Shown here one piece after another: positions 1 through 9,292 of a DNA stretch of 54,341 bases. The notes beneath the pieces are model-generated. The model was not told where the DNA came from, did not search any database, and was given only the letters and a program-made list of their open reading frames with translations. The stretch lies in the sequence record SRR20825019_907. One strand, 5' to 3'. Made by a program: the position numbers and the translations under genes. Within the stretch, counting starts at the first letter, position 1. Each line of letters begins with the position of its first letter.

Positions 1-863
1 CCTTCCCAAGGATATTTTTTTCTACCTCTGTAGTTATTGTATTCCCTAGTTCCAACAAGTGCCTGTGCAGCATATTCCCATTCAGTTTCAGTGGGGAGTC
101 TGTATTCCGGCATAATTACCCCGCTACTCCTTTTGGCAAAGGAATTGATGGAATCTTTCTTTTGTTTTCCTTGAAGTGAATCAATTTCACCTCCATAAAC
201 AGATTCTGGATTGTTTAAGTAGGCCTCAGTACTGAAAGTACCTTCTAGTTCTCCGTTCAATACCTTGTATTTGGTATCGTCGGCAAGGTAGCCCTCCCTT
301 TCGAGCATTACCTCGTTCACTCTGTCAGTTCTCCATTCGGCATATTGCGTGGCCTGTACCCAGTTGACACCTACCACGGGATACTCGGCATATGCTGGGT
401 GTCTTAGGTAGTTGTTTGTCATTGTTTCGTTAAAGCCCAGTCGGTTTCTCCAGACCAAGGTGTCTGGTAGGGCACCTTCGTATATGTTGGCGTATTTTGG
501 GTCATCTGGAGGGTATACCGCCTTTAGATAATCCAAGTACTCTAGGTACATCACGTTGGTTACTTCGGTCTCATCCATGTAGAATGATTGGACGTGCTGC
601 TGGGTTGGCGTATTGTTCCAATCGTGCATAATATCGTCCTGGACTTTACCTTTGGTAAAAGTTCCACCCTCTACAAATACGGTTCCTGGAGGCGTTTCTT
701 GCTCTTTAAAATCCGAATTGTATTGGAAGCCTCCTTCTTTGGCATTGATTTTCCAACCTGTGGCTCTGGAGACGTTCTTTGATGAGGAAGAGTTTTTGCA
801 ACTGGAAAAACTTCCCATCACTACGGCGCAAGAAAGTACAACTTTGATTAAGTGTTTTTTCAT
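1..863 (-). CDS. gldJ: Gliding motility lipoprotein GldJ (N-terminal part; runs off the window start; absent from the ORF track)
   Basis: Hand translation from ATG at 863: MKKHLIKVVLSCAVVMGSFSSCKNSSSSKNVSRATGWKINAKEGGFQY...FVEGGTFTKGKVQDDIMHDWNN...FYMDETEVTN...LPDTLVWRNRLGFNE...YLRHPAYAEYPVVGVNW; lipobox Cys and FGE-sulfatase-like motifs; divergent from porV. Confidence 0.93.
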   Translation of the reverse strand, partial: MKKHLIKVVLSCAVVMGSFSSCKNSSSSKNVSRATGWKINAKEGGFQYNSDFKEQETPPGTVFVEGGTFTKGKVQDDIMHDWNNTPTQQHVQSFYMDETEVTNVMYLEYLDYLKAVYPPDDPKYANIYEGALPDTLVWRNRLGFNETMTNNYLRHPAYAEYPVVGVNWVQATQYAEWRTDRVNEVMLEREGYLADDTKYKVLNGELEGTFSTEAYLNNPESVYGGEIDSLQGKQKKDSINSFAKRSSGVIMPEYRLPTETEWEYAAQALVGTREYNNYRGRKKYPWE

Positions 864-1256
864 AATTTGGGCTTGAGTACTTTAAAAATCAGGGTTTTTA
901 CCCTCAGTATCTTCGACTTGTTTTGATTTTTTTAAATCTTTCGATGGCATTAGAACGGTGTTTTTACCATTATATTTTGTGCTCATCAAATATTTGTAAC
1001 ACCCGAAAAATGCGGCATGTTACATTTCAGTAACGGAGAAGGTTCCAAAATAGTATGGACAAATCGGTTTTTAACGGTCAATAAAGATAAGTGTGCTTAT
1101 TTTTTTGCCTTTTAATCAAAATAGATGCGATTTGGACATTCGGTATTAGAAATATGTCCTTCTATATAAGAATTTCCTCAAAAGACCGTTAATGTGTAAT
1201 AAGTCCAAAGGAATTATTTTGGATTCAATAACTTTACTAAACGCTAAATACTTAGA

Positions 1257-2405
1257 ATGAGAAAGTTACTCGTATTGGTGTTGCTGGTCATCGTAGGTGC
1301 TACATCGATGAGCGCACAACAAGAAAGGGCGATCACTACAGCAGTTCCATTTTTGACCATTGCAGCCGATGCGCGGGCCTCCGGTATGGGGGATATGGGT
1401 GTTGCCACCTCCTTTGATGCGTATTCCCAGCAATGGAACCCTGCCAAATATGCTTTTGCCAATAAAAAATCAGGGGTAGGGATAAGTTATACCCCGTACT
1501 TGGAAACCATTGTAAACGATGTTTCCTTGTTAAATGCCAATTATTACAACAAGCTTAACGACCAAAGTGCTTTTGCATTTGGATTACGTTATTTTGGATT
1601 GGGTGAAATAGAATTAAGGCAAACCATAGATCAAGATCCAACTTTGGTAAAACCCAATGAGTTTGCTTTGGATGGTTCTTATTCCCTAAAACTGAGCCCA
1701 ACATTTTCCATGGCCGTAGGGGGTAGGTTTATAAGTTCAAATCTAAGATTCCAGGATGGCGTGCAAGATTCACAGGCGGCCAATGCATTTGCTGTGGATG
1801 TTGCAGGGTTTTACAGGTCCAGGGAGATTGCATACAGCAATTATGACGGTCGTTGGAGAGCTGGATTTAATATCTCCAATTTGGGAGGTTCGCTTCAATA
1901 TGATGAGGGAGGGCAAGAAAACTTTTTGCCTACCAACCTGAAACTGGGTGTTGGTTTCGATTTTATTTTTGATCAAGACAATATATTGGCCATCAACACA
2001 GAGTTCAACAAATTATTGGTCCCAACACCAAGAGATTTTAATGGGGACGGTCAGATTACCACGGAAGACAACGATGAATACCAGAACATAAGTTTCTTTA
2101 ACGGAGTTTTCGAATCCTTTGGAGATGCGCCTGATGGTTTCAGTGAGGAATTGAAAGAGGTTACATGGGCGCTGGGTGCAGAGTACAGATTTAGAGAAGC
2201 CTTTATGTTGCGAAGCGGTTACTTTAACGAAAGTGAGGAGAAGGGGTCCCGTAAGTTCTTTACATTGGGGGCAGGTTTCAAATTCAAATCGGCCCAAATA
2301 GACCTATCTTATCTGTTCTCGACCTCACAGGTCAGAAATCCTTTGGAAAACACATTGCGTTTCTCGCTTAGCTTTGATTTTGGAGAGGAATTCTTCAACG
2401 ATTAA
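1257..2405 (+). CDS. porV: Type IX secretion system outer-membrane protein PorV
   Basis: AITTAVPFLTIAADARASGMGD, WNPAKYAF, SYTPYL, NPLENTLRFSL motifs; signal peptide; next to gldJ. Confidence 0.93.
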   Translation: MRKLLVLVLLVIVGATSMSAQQERAITTAVPFLTIAADARASGMGDMGVATSFDAYSQQWNPAKYAFANKKSGVGISYTPYLETIVNDVSLLNANYYNKLNDQSAFAFGLRYFGLGEIELRQTIDQDPTLVKPNEFALDGSYSLKLSPTFSMAVGGRFISSNLRFQDGVQDSQAANAFAVDVAGFYRSREIAYSNYDGRWRAGFNISNLGGSLQYDEGGQENFLPTNLKLGVGFDFIFDQDNILAINTEFNKLLVPTPRDFNGDGQITTEDNDEYQNISFFNGVFESFGDAPDGFSEELKEVTWALGAEYRFREAFMLRSGYFNESEEKGSRKFFTLGAGFKFKSAQIDLSYLFSTSQVRNPLENTLRFSLSFDFGEEFFND

Positions 2406-2427
2406 AGTAGATGAAAATATATATTTG

Positions 2428-2456
2428 AAAACCTGTCCGTTGGGGCAGGTTTTTTT
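2428..2456 (+). terminator. Intrinsic terminator after porV
   Basis: aaaacctgtcc-gttg-gggcaggtttt hairpin followed by a T run. Confidence 0.8.
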
Positions 2457-2482
2457 ATTTTTGAGTATATCCTGAAGATTAC

Positions 2483-2974
2483 ATGGAAAAAAAGAAAATT
2501 GGTTTTGAAATGCTCATTTTTAATGATGCATCGGAGTTGTCACAAAACGAACAAAAATTGTTACGTGAAGCGTCCATGGCCAGGCAGAACGCATATGCTC
2601 CGTACTCCAAATTTAGGGTGGGGGCCGCTGTGTTACTCGAAAACGGAGAAGTGATCATTGGGAGCAATCAGGAGAATGCATCCTATCCTGCCGGTCTTTG
2701 TGCAGAGCGTGTCGCTATTTTTCATGCAGGGGCAAAATATCCCGGTGTAGCCGTAAAAACCATTGCTATCTGTGCTTCTTCCTCCAAAGATGGGACAGTT
2801 TCACCTGCAGCGCCCTGTGGCAATTGCAGGCAATCCATTATAGAATACGAACAAAAGCAGCGATCACCAATTTCACTATTGTTAAGTTCGGAAACAGGGC
2901 CCATATATAAATGTAATTCCATGGCCGATATTCTGCCATTGGCATTCAATAGCTCATTTTTGGGCGATTCTTAA
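2483..2974 (+). CDS. cdd: Cytidine deaminase
   Basis: AYAPYSKFRVGAA, NQENASYPAGLCAER and PCGNCRQ zinc motifs. Confidence 0.93.
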   Translation: MEKKKIGFEMLIFNDASELSQNEQKLLREASMARQNAYAPYSKFRVGAAVLLENGEVIIGSNQENASYPAGLCAERVAIFHAGAKYPGVAVKTIAICASSSKDGTVSPAAPCGNCRQSIIEYEQKQRSPISLLLSSETGPIYKCNSMADILPLAFNSSFLGDS

Positions 2975-3005
2975 TTCAATTCTTTTTCCAAAAGAGATAT
3001 ATATG

Positions 3006-3013
3006 TATTTTTG
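3006..3013 (+). promoter_or_regulatory. Bacteroidetes sigmaA -7 element for pdhA
   Basis: TATTTTTG fits TAnnTTTG; followed by a short tcccc/gggga leader hairpin. Confidence 0.55.
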
Positions 3014-3055
3014 CTGTCCCCAGTACAGGGGAAATTCATTTAATTACTACTATAG

Positions 3056-4054
3056 ATGAAAAAAATCACCAAAGAAGTTTACCTTAAATGGTACGAGGAC
3101 ATGTATTTCTGGAGAAAGTTCGAGGATAAACTGGCCGCCGTATATATTCAACAAAAAGTTAGGGGTTTCTTGCACCTTTACAATGGGCAAGAAGCGGTGC
3201 TTGCAGGTGCATTGCACGCCATGGACCTTGAAAAGGACAGGATGATCACCGCTTATCGAAACCACGTTCAGCCGATTGGTATGGGAGTTGATCCCAGAAG
3301 AGTTATGGCCGAGCTTTACGGTAAGGTTACCGGAACCTCGAAAGGTATGGGTGGTTCCATGCACATTTTCTCCAAAGAACACCGTTTTTATGGTGGTCAC
3401 GGAATCGTAGGGGGACAAATTCCCTTGGGTGCCGGGTTGGCCTTTGGTGACAAGTATTTTAAAAGGGATTCTGTAACACTTTGTTATATGGGCGATGGTG
3501 CCGTAAGACAAGGATCGTTGCACGAGGCCTTCAACTTGGCTATGTTGTGGCAATTACCAGTGGTTTTCATTTGCGAGAACAACGGATATGCGATGGGAAC
3601 CTCTGTGGCACGTACTTCACATTCCACAGAAATCTGGAAATTGGGTCTTGGTTACGAAATGCCCTGTAGCCCTGTTGACGGAATGGATCCTGCCATAGTT
3701 GCAAAGGAAATGGACAAAGCGATCGAGCGTGCCCGTACAGGGGGAGGACCAACTTTCTTGGAGATGAAGACGTACAGATACCGTGGACATTCCATGTCCG
3801 ATGCGCAGCATTATCGAACAAAAGAAGAAGTTGAAGAGTATAAAAAGATAGATCCGATCACTCAGGTCAAAGATGTGATCCTTGAGAAAGGATATGCATC
3901 CGAGGACGACCTTAAGAAAATCGATAAAAAGGTGAAGGACTTGGTAAAAGAGTGTGAGAAATTTGCGGAGGAATCAGATTTTCCACCAAAAGAACAATTG
4001 TACGACACCGTTTACGAACAAGAAGACTATCCATTTTTACAACATAAATTATAA
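3056..4054 (+). CDS. pdhA: Pyruvate dehydrogenase E1 alpha subunit
   Basis: GFLHLYNGQEA, GGSMH, GDGA...NN TPP motif, TYRYRGHSMSD. Confidence 0.96.
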   Translation: MKKITKEVYLKWYEDMYFWRKFEDKLAAVYIQQKVRGFLHLYNGQEAVLAGALHAMDLEKDRMITAYRNHVQPIGMGVDPRRVMAELYGKVTGTSKGMGGSMHIFSKEHRFYGGHGIVGGQIPLGAGLAFGDKYFKRDSVTLCYMGDGAVRQGSLHEAFNLAMLWQLPVVFICENNGYAMGTSVARTSHSTEIWKLGLGYEMPCSPVDGMDPAIVAKEMDKAIERARTGGGPTFLEMKTYRYRGHSMSDAQHYRTKEEVEEYKKIDPITQVKDVILEKGYASEDDLKKIDKKVKDLVKECEKFAEESDFPPKEQLYDTVYEQEDYPFLQHKL

Positions 4055-4058
4055 TTAG

Positions 4059-5720
4059 ATGGCAGAAGTAATCAACATGCCTAGATTGAGCGATACCATG
4101 GAAGAAGGAACCGTGGCAAAATGGCTCAAGAAAGTAGGGGACAAGGTAGAAGAAGGAGATATATTGGCCGAAATCGAAACGGACAAAGCCACCATGGAAT
4201 TCGAATCTTTTCATGAGGGAACTTTGCTCCATATTGGAATCGAGGAAGGTGATGGTGCTCCGGTTGATTCACTTTTGGCCATAATCGGTGAAGAGGGTGA
4301 GGACATTTCCGGTCTATTGAACGGCTCGGGAAGCTCATCGGAAGCTCCAAAAGAAGAAGATCCATCAGAAGATAAGGATTCTTCTTCCGAACAAGAGGAA
4401 GAAACTGAATCCAAGGATGATGAAAGTAGCGAGCCTGCCGATATTCCTGAAGGAGTAGAAATCGTGACCATGCCCCGATTGAGCGATACCATGGAGGAAG
4501 GAACGGTCGCCAGCTGGTTAAAGAGCGTTGGGGACAAAGTGGAAGAAGGAGACATATTGGCAGAAATCGAGACCGATAAGGCAACGATGGAATTTGAATC
4601 CTTCTATTCCGGAACTCTTTTACATATTGGTATTCAAGAAGGTGAAGGAGCTCCTGTAGATTCCTTATTGGCCATTATTGGCCCAGAGGGAACCGATGTT
4701 GATGCTGTTTTGAATGCGAAATCATCAGGTGGTTCATCTAAGAGCGCACCTAAAAAAGAAGCATCCAAAGATGAAGCTCCGAAAAAAGAAGAATCATCCA
4801 AAAAAGAAGAAACAGCTCCGGCCACACAAGATGGTCAGCGCATATTTGCTTCGCCATTGGCCAAAAAGATTGCTGATGAAAAAGGAATCAACTTGGCAGA
4901 TGTAAAAGGGACTGGCGATAACGGAAGAATCGTTAAAAAGGATATAGAGAACTTTAAGCCATCCGAAAAAGCAGCTCCTGCGGCAGAAAAAACCGAAGCT
5001 GCCCCTGCAGTGGCACCGGTTACACTTCCAGTTGGTGAAGAAAGTGTGGAAGAGGTTAAAAACTCTACAATGCGCAAGGTAATTGCCAAGCGTTTGGGGG
5101 AATCCAAATTCACTGCACCACATTATTACTTGACCATTGAGGTGGATATGGACAATGCCAAGGCATCCCGTGCACAAATCAACAGTTTGCCGGACACCAA
5201 AGTATCTTTCAACGATATGGTTCTGAAAGCTTGTGCCATGGCCCTTAAAAAACATCCGCAGGTAAATACGTCGTGGAATGGTGATTCCATGATATACAAA
5301 CATCACATTCACATGGGGGTTGCCGTCGCCGTAGATGAAGGTCTTGTAGTTCCCGTAATCAAATTTGCTGATCAGATGAGTTTGACCCAATTGGGTACTG
5401 CAGTAAAAGATTTGGCCGGAAGAGCAAGAAACAAGAAAATTAAGCCGGATGAAATGGAGGGAAGTACCTTTACGGTTTCCAACTTGGGAATGTTCGGTAT
5501 TCAAGAGTTTACTTCCATTATAAATCAGCCTAACTCTGCCATTCTATCCGTAGGGGCAATCGTTGATAAACCTGTGGTTAAAAATGGCGAGATTGTAGTT
5601 GGAAGTACCATGAAGGTAACTTTAGCCTGTGACCACAGAACTGTTGATGGAGCTACTGGCGCTCAGTTCTTACAGACCTTGAGAGCGTACTTGGAGAACC
5701 CGGTGACTATGTTGGCCTAG
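4059..5720 (+). CDS. pdhC: Pyruvate dehydrogenase E2 dihydrolipoamide acetyltransferase with two lipoyl domains
   Basis: Two ETDKA lipoyl motifs, ASPLAKKIA E3-binding domain, DHRTVDG active site. Confidence 0.95.
   Translation: MAEVINMPRLSDTMEEGTVAKWLKKVGDKVEEGDILAEIETDKATMEFESFHEGTLLHIGIEEGDGAPVDSLLAIIGEEGEDISGLLNGSGSSSEAPKEEDPSEDKDSSSEQEEETESKDDESSEPADIPEGVEIVTMPRLSDTMEEGTVASWLKSVGDKVEEGDILAEIETDKATMEFESFYSGTLLHIGIQEGEGAPVDSLLAIIGPEGTDVDAVLNAKSSGGSSKSAPKKEASKDEAPKKEESSKKEETAPATQDGQRIFASPLAKKIADEKGINLADVKGTGDNGRIVKKDIENFKPSEKAAPAAEKTEAAPAVAPVTLPVGEESVEEVKNSTMRKVIAKRLGESKFTAPHYYLTIEVDMDNAKASRAQINSLPDTKVSFNDMVLKACAMALKKHPQVNTSWNGDSMIYKHHIHMGVAVAVDEGLVVPVIKFADQMSLTQLGTAVKDLAGRARNKKIKPDEMEGSTFTVSNLGMFGIQEFTSIINQPNSAILSVGAIVDKPVVKNGEIVVGSTMKVTLACDHRTVDGATGAQFLQTLRAYLENPVTMLA
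4077..4693 (+). repeat. Intragenic duplication of the lipoyl domain (copies start at 4077 and 4470)
   Basis: MPRLSDTMEEGTVA...GDILAEIETDKATMEFESF occurs twice; DNA is near-identical (gattgagcgataccatgga). Confidence 0.9.
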
Positions 5721-5758
5721 ATTTGTCGACACAAGCACATTCAATAATACATATATTT

Positions 5759-5788
5759 AAAAGCATCCTTTTTTGGGATGCTTTTTTT
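5759..5788 (+). terminator. Intrinsic terminator after pdhC
   Basis: aaaagcatcc-loop-ggatgctttt plus T run. Confidence 0.85.
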
Positions 5789-5817
5789 ATCTTTAAAAAA
5801 ATCAAAAAAGAACAAAA

Positions 5818-6795
5818 ATGAGAATACTGTCATATGTTTTCACAGCACTATTTATAGTGAGTTGTGGTTCTGCAAAGGTTGTTCAAACAACAAATGTATC
5901 ACCAGAAATTAAAAAATCAAGTGGGACTTTTACCAATGCTGAGCGTGTCGGCGAAATAATGAATTATTTAGCGAGCGATGACCTTAAGGGAAGGGAGGCC
6001 GGAGACGAGGGAATTGAAATTGCTGCGACGTATATTGAGAATTATTTTAAGTCTTATCACCTCAAACCCTATTTTGAAACGTACCGCGACACACTTTCAA
6101 ATTTTAAAAAACCTGCTTACAATATTGTGGGTGTTGTGGAGGGCAACGACCCTAATTTAAAGAATGAATATATTTTAATAGGTGCCCATTACGACCATAT
6201 TGGTATCATTAAGCCGGAAAACGGAGATTATATTGCCAATGGGGCAAACGATAATGCATCGGGTACCACTTCTGTTTTGGAAATGGCGCGGTATTTTGGA
6301 ACAAACAAAACGAACAAGCGTAGTATTATTTTTGCACTGTTCAGTGCAGAGGAGAAAGGCTTGTTGGGTTCCAAGCACCTGGCCCAAAAATTAAAAGAGC
6401 AGGATTTGAATCTGTATACCATGCTCAATTTTGAAATGACGGGTGTTCCTTTGCAGGGGAAGGACTATTTTGTATACATCACGGGGTACGATATGTCCAA
6501 CTTGGCAGAGGTAAGCAATAGGTATGCTAAGGAAAACCTGGTAGGATTTTTACCAACTGCCAAGGAATTTAACTTGTATCAGAGGTCGGACAATTATCCG
6601 TTCCATGAAGAGTTTGGAGTGCCGTCCCATACGTTCTGTACGTTTGACTTTACCAACTTTAATCATTATCATAAGGTCGGTGATGAGAACAGTTTAATGG
6701 ATTTTGGTCATATGGCCACATTGGTAAACAAAACAATTCCAGTTATTGAAGGCATCGCTAATGCTCCATCACAAGAAATCAAATTAAAAGAGTAG
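5818..6795 (+). CDS. M28 family metallopeptidase lipoprotein
   Basis: IVSC lipobox; GAHYDH, GANDNASG, SAEEKGLLGS, RSD and YH motifs. Confidence 0.88.
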   Translation: MRILSYVFTALFIVSCGSAKVVQTTNVSPEIKKSSGTFTNAERVGEIMNYLASDDLKGREAGDEGIEIAATYIENYFKSYHLKPYFETYRDTLSNFKKPAYNIVGVVEGNDPNLKNEYILIGAHYDHIGIIKPENGDYIANGANDNASGTTSVLEMARYFGTNKTNKRSIIFALFSAEEKGLLGSKHLAQKLKEQDLNLYTMLNFEMTGVPLQGKDYFVYITGYDMSNLAEVSNRYAKENLVGFLPTAKEFNLYQRSDNYPFHEEFGVPSHTFCTFDFTNFNHYHKVGDENSLMDFGHMATLVNKTIPVIEGIANAPSQEIKLKE

Positions 6796-6800
6796 CATAT

Positions 6801-6840
6801 TGTTTCGAACTGCCCAATGGTTATCGGGAGTAAGAAATCT
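6801..6840. repeat. Degenerate half copy of the REP-like element at 15493
   Basis: tttcgaac...gtaagaaatc matches tttcgaac...gtgagaaatc at 15497-15518, with an inserted imperfect palindrome (cccaatggttatcggg). Confidence 0.45.
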
Positions 6841-6850
6841 GAAATATATT

Positions 6851-7528
6851 ATGGCAAACATTATTATTACAGGCACAAGTAGGGGAATAGGGTTTGAATT
6901 GGTGAAACTTTTTGCAAGGGAAGGGCATCAGGTTTTGGCATTGTCACGGAATAGTAAGCCTGTGCAAAACCTGAATTTACCCAATGTGCAAACGTTACCC
7001 TTTGATTTGGGCAATCCTGCGGATTTTGAAAAACTAAATGAATTTTTGAACCAATGGCATGTAGTGGATGTCCTTATTAATAATGCAGGTCGGTTTTTGG
7101 GCAAACCATTTTCGGAAACCACAGCTGAAGAATTTGAGAGCGTTTACAAAGTAAACGTGTTCGGAGTAGCTGAAATAACAAAGACCGTACTCCCCTTGAT
7201 GGGTCAAGAAGGACATGTGGTGACCGTGAGTTCCATGGGGGGCGTGCAAGGCAGCATGAAGTTTCCAGGACTCTCTGCTTACAGTTCAAGCAAGGGTGCT
7301 GTGATTACCTTGACCGAGCTATTGGCGGAAGAGTACAAGGAAACAGGACCGAGTTTTAACGTATTGGCCTTGGGTGCTGTACAAACGGAAATGTTGGAAG
7401 AGGCTTTTCCGGGATACAAAGCTCCCGTAACTGCATTGGAGATGGCCACCTATGTAAAAGAGTTTGCCTTATCAGGACAAAAATTATACAACGGTAAGCT
7501 GTTACAGGTAAGTAATAGTACGCCGTAG
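6851..7528 (+). CDS. Short-chain dehydrogenase/reductase
   Basis: TGTSRGIG, NNAG, YSSSK motifs; ATG 6851 preferred over the track's TTG 6800. Confidence 0.88.
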   Translation: MANIIITGTSRGIGFELVKLFAREGHQVLALSRNSKPVQNLNLPNVQTLPFDLGNPADFEKLNEFLNQWHVVDVLINNAGRFLGKPFSETTAEEFESVYKVNVFGVAEITKTVLPLMGQEGHVVTVSSMGGVQGSMKFPGLSAYSSSKGAVITLTELLAEEYKETGPSFNVLALGAVQTEMLEEAFPGYKAPVTALEMATYVKEFALSGQKLYNGKLLQVSNSTP

Positions 7529-7571
7529 AAGCATAATTGAAACCGTTGGATAAACTTGTAACTTTATCCTT

Positions 7572-8183
7572 GTGAACGATACCCTTCAAAAATACCTTCC
7601 AGAGCTTGCAGTGGCTCCCTGTTTTGAATTGATCAAAACCCATGGAGTACATTTAAAGATTGTAAACCATCGAGTTACCCGGCACGGGGACTATCGAAGA
7701 TTACCGAACGGACTGCATTTGATAACCGTAAATGCATCACTCAACAAATACCGGTTCCTGATTACACTCGTCCACGAAATAGCGCATTTGGTGGCCTTTG
7801 AAACGTATGGTCGTCGAATAAAACCGCACGGAGTGGAATGGAAGCGTACCTTTCAGCTCTTAATGGTTCCATTTATTCGGCCAGAGGTGTTTCCAACGCA
7901 ACTGTTGCCCATAATTGCAAATCATTTTAAAAACCCAAAAGCCAGTAGTAGCACCGATGCTAGGTTGTCCATTGCACTTAAAGCTTTTGATGAGGAAGAG
8001 CGACAACTGAGTTATGTATACGAATTGCCCACGGGGAGTGTTTTTAGGTTGTATAATGGTAAATTGTATAAAAAAGGAAACAAGAAAGTAAAACGGTACG
8101 AATGTGTAGAGTTATCAACCGGGAGATTATATTTGTTTCAACCAAACGCGGAGGTTGAGTTGGTTCAAGATGTATCAGGATAA
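7572..8183 (+). CDS. SprT-like zinc metalloprotease domain protein
   Basis: TLVHEIAHL (HExxH) and KPHGVEWK motifs; GTG start. Confidence 0.85.
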   Translation: MNDTLQKYLPELAVAPCFELIKTHGVHLKIVNHRVTRHGDYRRLPNGLHLITVNASLNKYRFLITLVHEIAHLVAFETYGRRIKPHGVEWKRTFQLLMVPFIRPEVFPTQLLPIIANHFKNPKASSSTDARLSIALKAFDEEERQLSYVYELPTGSVFRLYNGKLYKKGNKKVKRYECVELSTGRLYLFQPNAEVELVQDVSG

Positions 8184-8210
8184 CCGGCATTCTAATTAAA
8201 AAACAGCAAA

Positions 8211-9290
8211 ATGAACAAGAATTATTACGCAGTTTTGATGGCAGGAGGAGTTGGTTCTAGATTTTGGCCGGTGAGTACATCATCCAACCCAAAGCAGTTT
8301 CACGATATGTTGGGGACCGGTAAGACCCTGATTCAAAAAACGTTTGATCGTTTAAACAAGTTTATTCCGACTGAGAATATTCTGATTTTGACCAATGAGC
8401 AATACAATGACTTGGTGTTGGAGCAATTGCCCATGGTAACACAAAACCAAGTGGTTCTAGAACCCGCGATGAGAAATACGGCACCTTGTATTTTGTATGC
8501 ATCACTAAAGATTCAGAAAATGAACACCAACGCGGTAATGATCGTAGCGCCCAGTGATCATTGGATAGAAGATGAGGAAGCGTTTGAAAAGGATGTAACC
8601 GCATGTTTTAAGAAATGTGAAGAAGAAAATGCACTTTGCACCTTGGGGATTCAGCCAACCTTTCCCAATACCGGATTTGGTTATATCGAATTTGAAAAGG
8701 GAAGTGACCAAAACATTAAAAAGGTGTCCCAGTTCAGGGAAAAACCAGATTATGAAACCGCAAAAGAGTTTTTGGCACAAGGTAATTTTCTATGGAACGC
8801 AGGTATTTTTATGTGGAGTGTAGAAACCATAGTGGAAGCCTTCAAAAAATATCAGCCAAATCAATACAAACTATTTGGTAAAGGTATATCCTGTTACAAC
8901 ACAAGTGAGGAAAGAGCTTTTATCCAAGAAAATTACCCCAAGGCGGAAAACATATCCATTGATTATGCTATCTTGGAACAATCCAAATCCATTTATACCC
9001 TTCCGGCAACTTTTGATTGGAACGATTTAGGAACCTGGGGCGCTCTCTATGACAAGTTGGAGAAAGATGAAAACGAGAATGCAGTGGTAAATGCGGACAC
9101 CCTTTTGGAAAATGCAAAAGGCAACATGATCCGTTCTCCAAAAGGGAAGGTAGTTGTGGTAGATGGACTAGAGGATTATATTATTGTAGATAAAGAAGAA
9201 GTGTTGCTTATTTATCCAAAGGACAAACAACAGGATATTAAAAAAGTATTGACCCAAGTAAAAGAAAAATTTGGGGATCAGTTTGCATAG
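8211..9290 (+). CDS. Mannose-1-phosphate guanylyltransferase
   Basis: MAGGVGSRFWP, PKQF, EPAMRNTAP, PSDH, FREKP, WNAGIF, SIDYA, WNDLGTW. Confidence 0.93.
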   Translation: MNKNYYAVLMAGGVGSRFWPVSTSSNPKQFHDMLGTGKTLIQKTFDRLNKFIPTENILILTNEQYNDLVLEQLPMVTQNQVVLEPAMRNTAPCILYASLKIQKMNTNAVMIVAPSDHWIEDEEAFEKDVTACFKKCEEENALCTLGIQPTFPNTGFGYIEFEKGSDQNIKKVSQFREKPDYETAKEFLAQGNFLWNAGIFMWSVETIVEAFKKYQPNQYKLFGKGISCYNTSEERAFIQENYPKAENISIDYAILEQSKSIYTLPATFDWNDLGTWGALYDKLEKDENENAVVNADTLLENAKGNMIRSPKGKVVVVDGLEDYIIVDKEEVLLIYPKDKQQDIKKVLTQVKEKFGDQFA

Positions 9291-9292
9291 CC

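Noticed and set aside
588..876. Plus-strand ORFs of 64 and 87 aa
   Set aside because: Antisense shadows of gldJ, which the track missed because it runs off the window.
944..1033. 29-aa ORF MALERCFYHY... as a porU remnant or leader peptide
   Set aside because: No recognisable similarity and no supporting start context.
4320..4830. Ser/Glu/Lys-rich repeats in pdhC
   Set aside because: Normal flexible linkers of E2 subunits.
4794..5504. 236-aa antisense ORF (and similar ones at 3050-3553, 24899-25393, 26264-26746, 52126-52593)
   Set aside because: Fully opposite well-supported genes; typical codon-bias shadows with no motifs.
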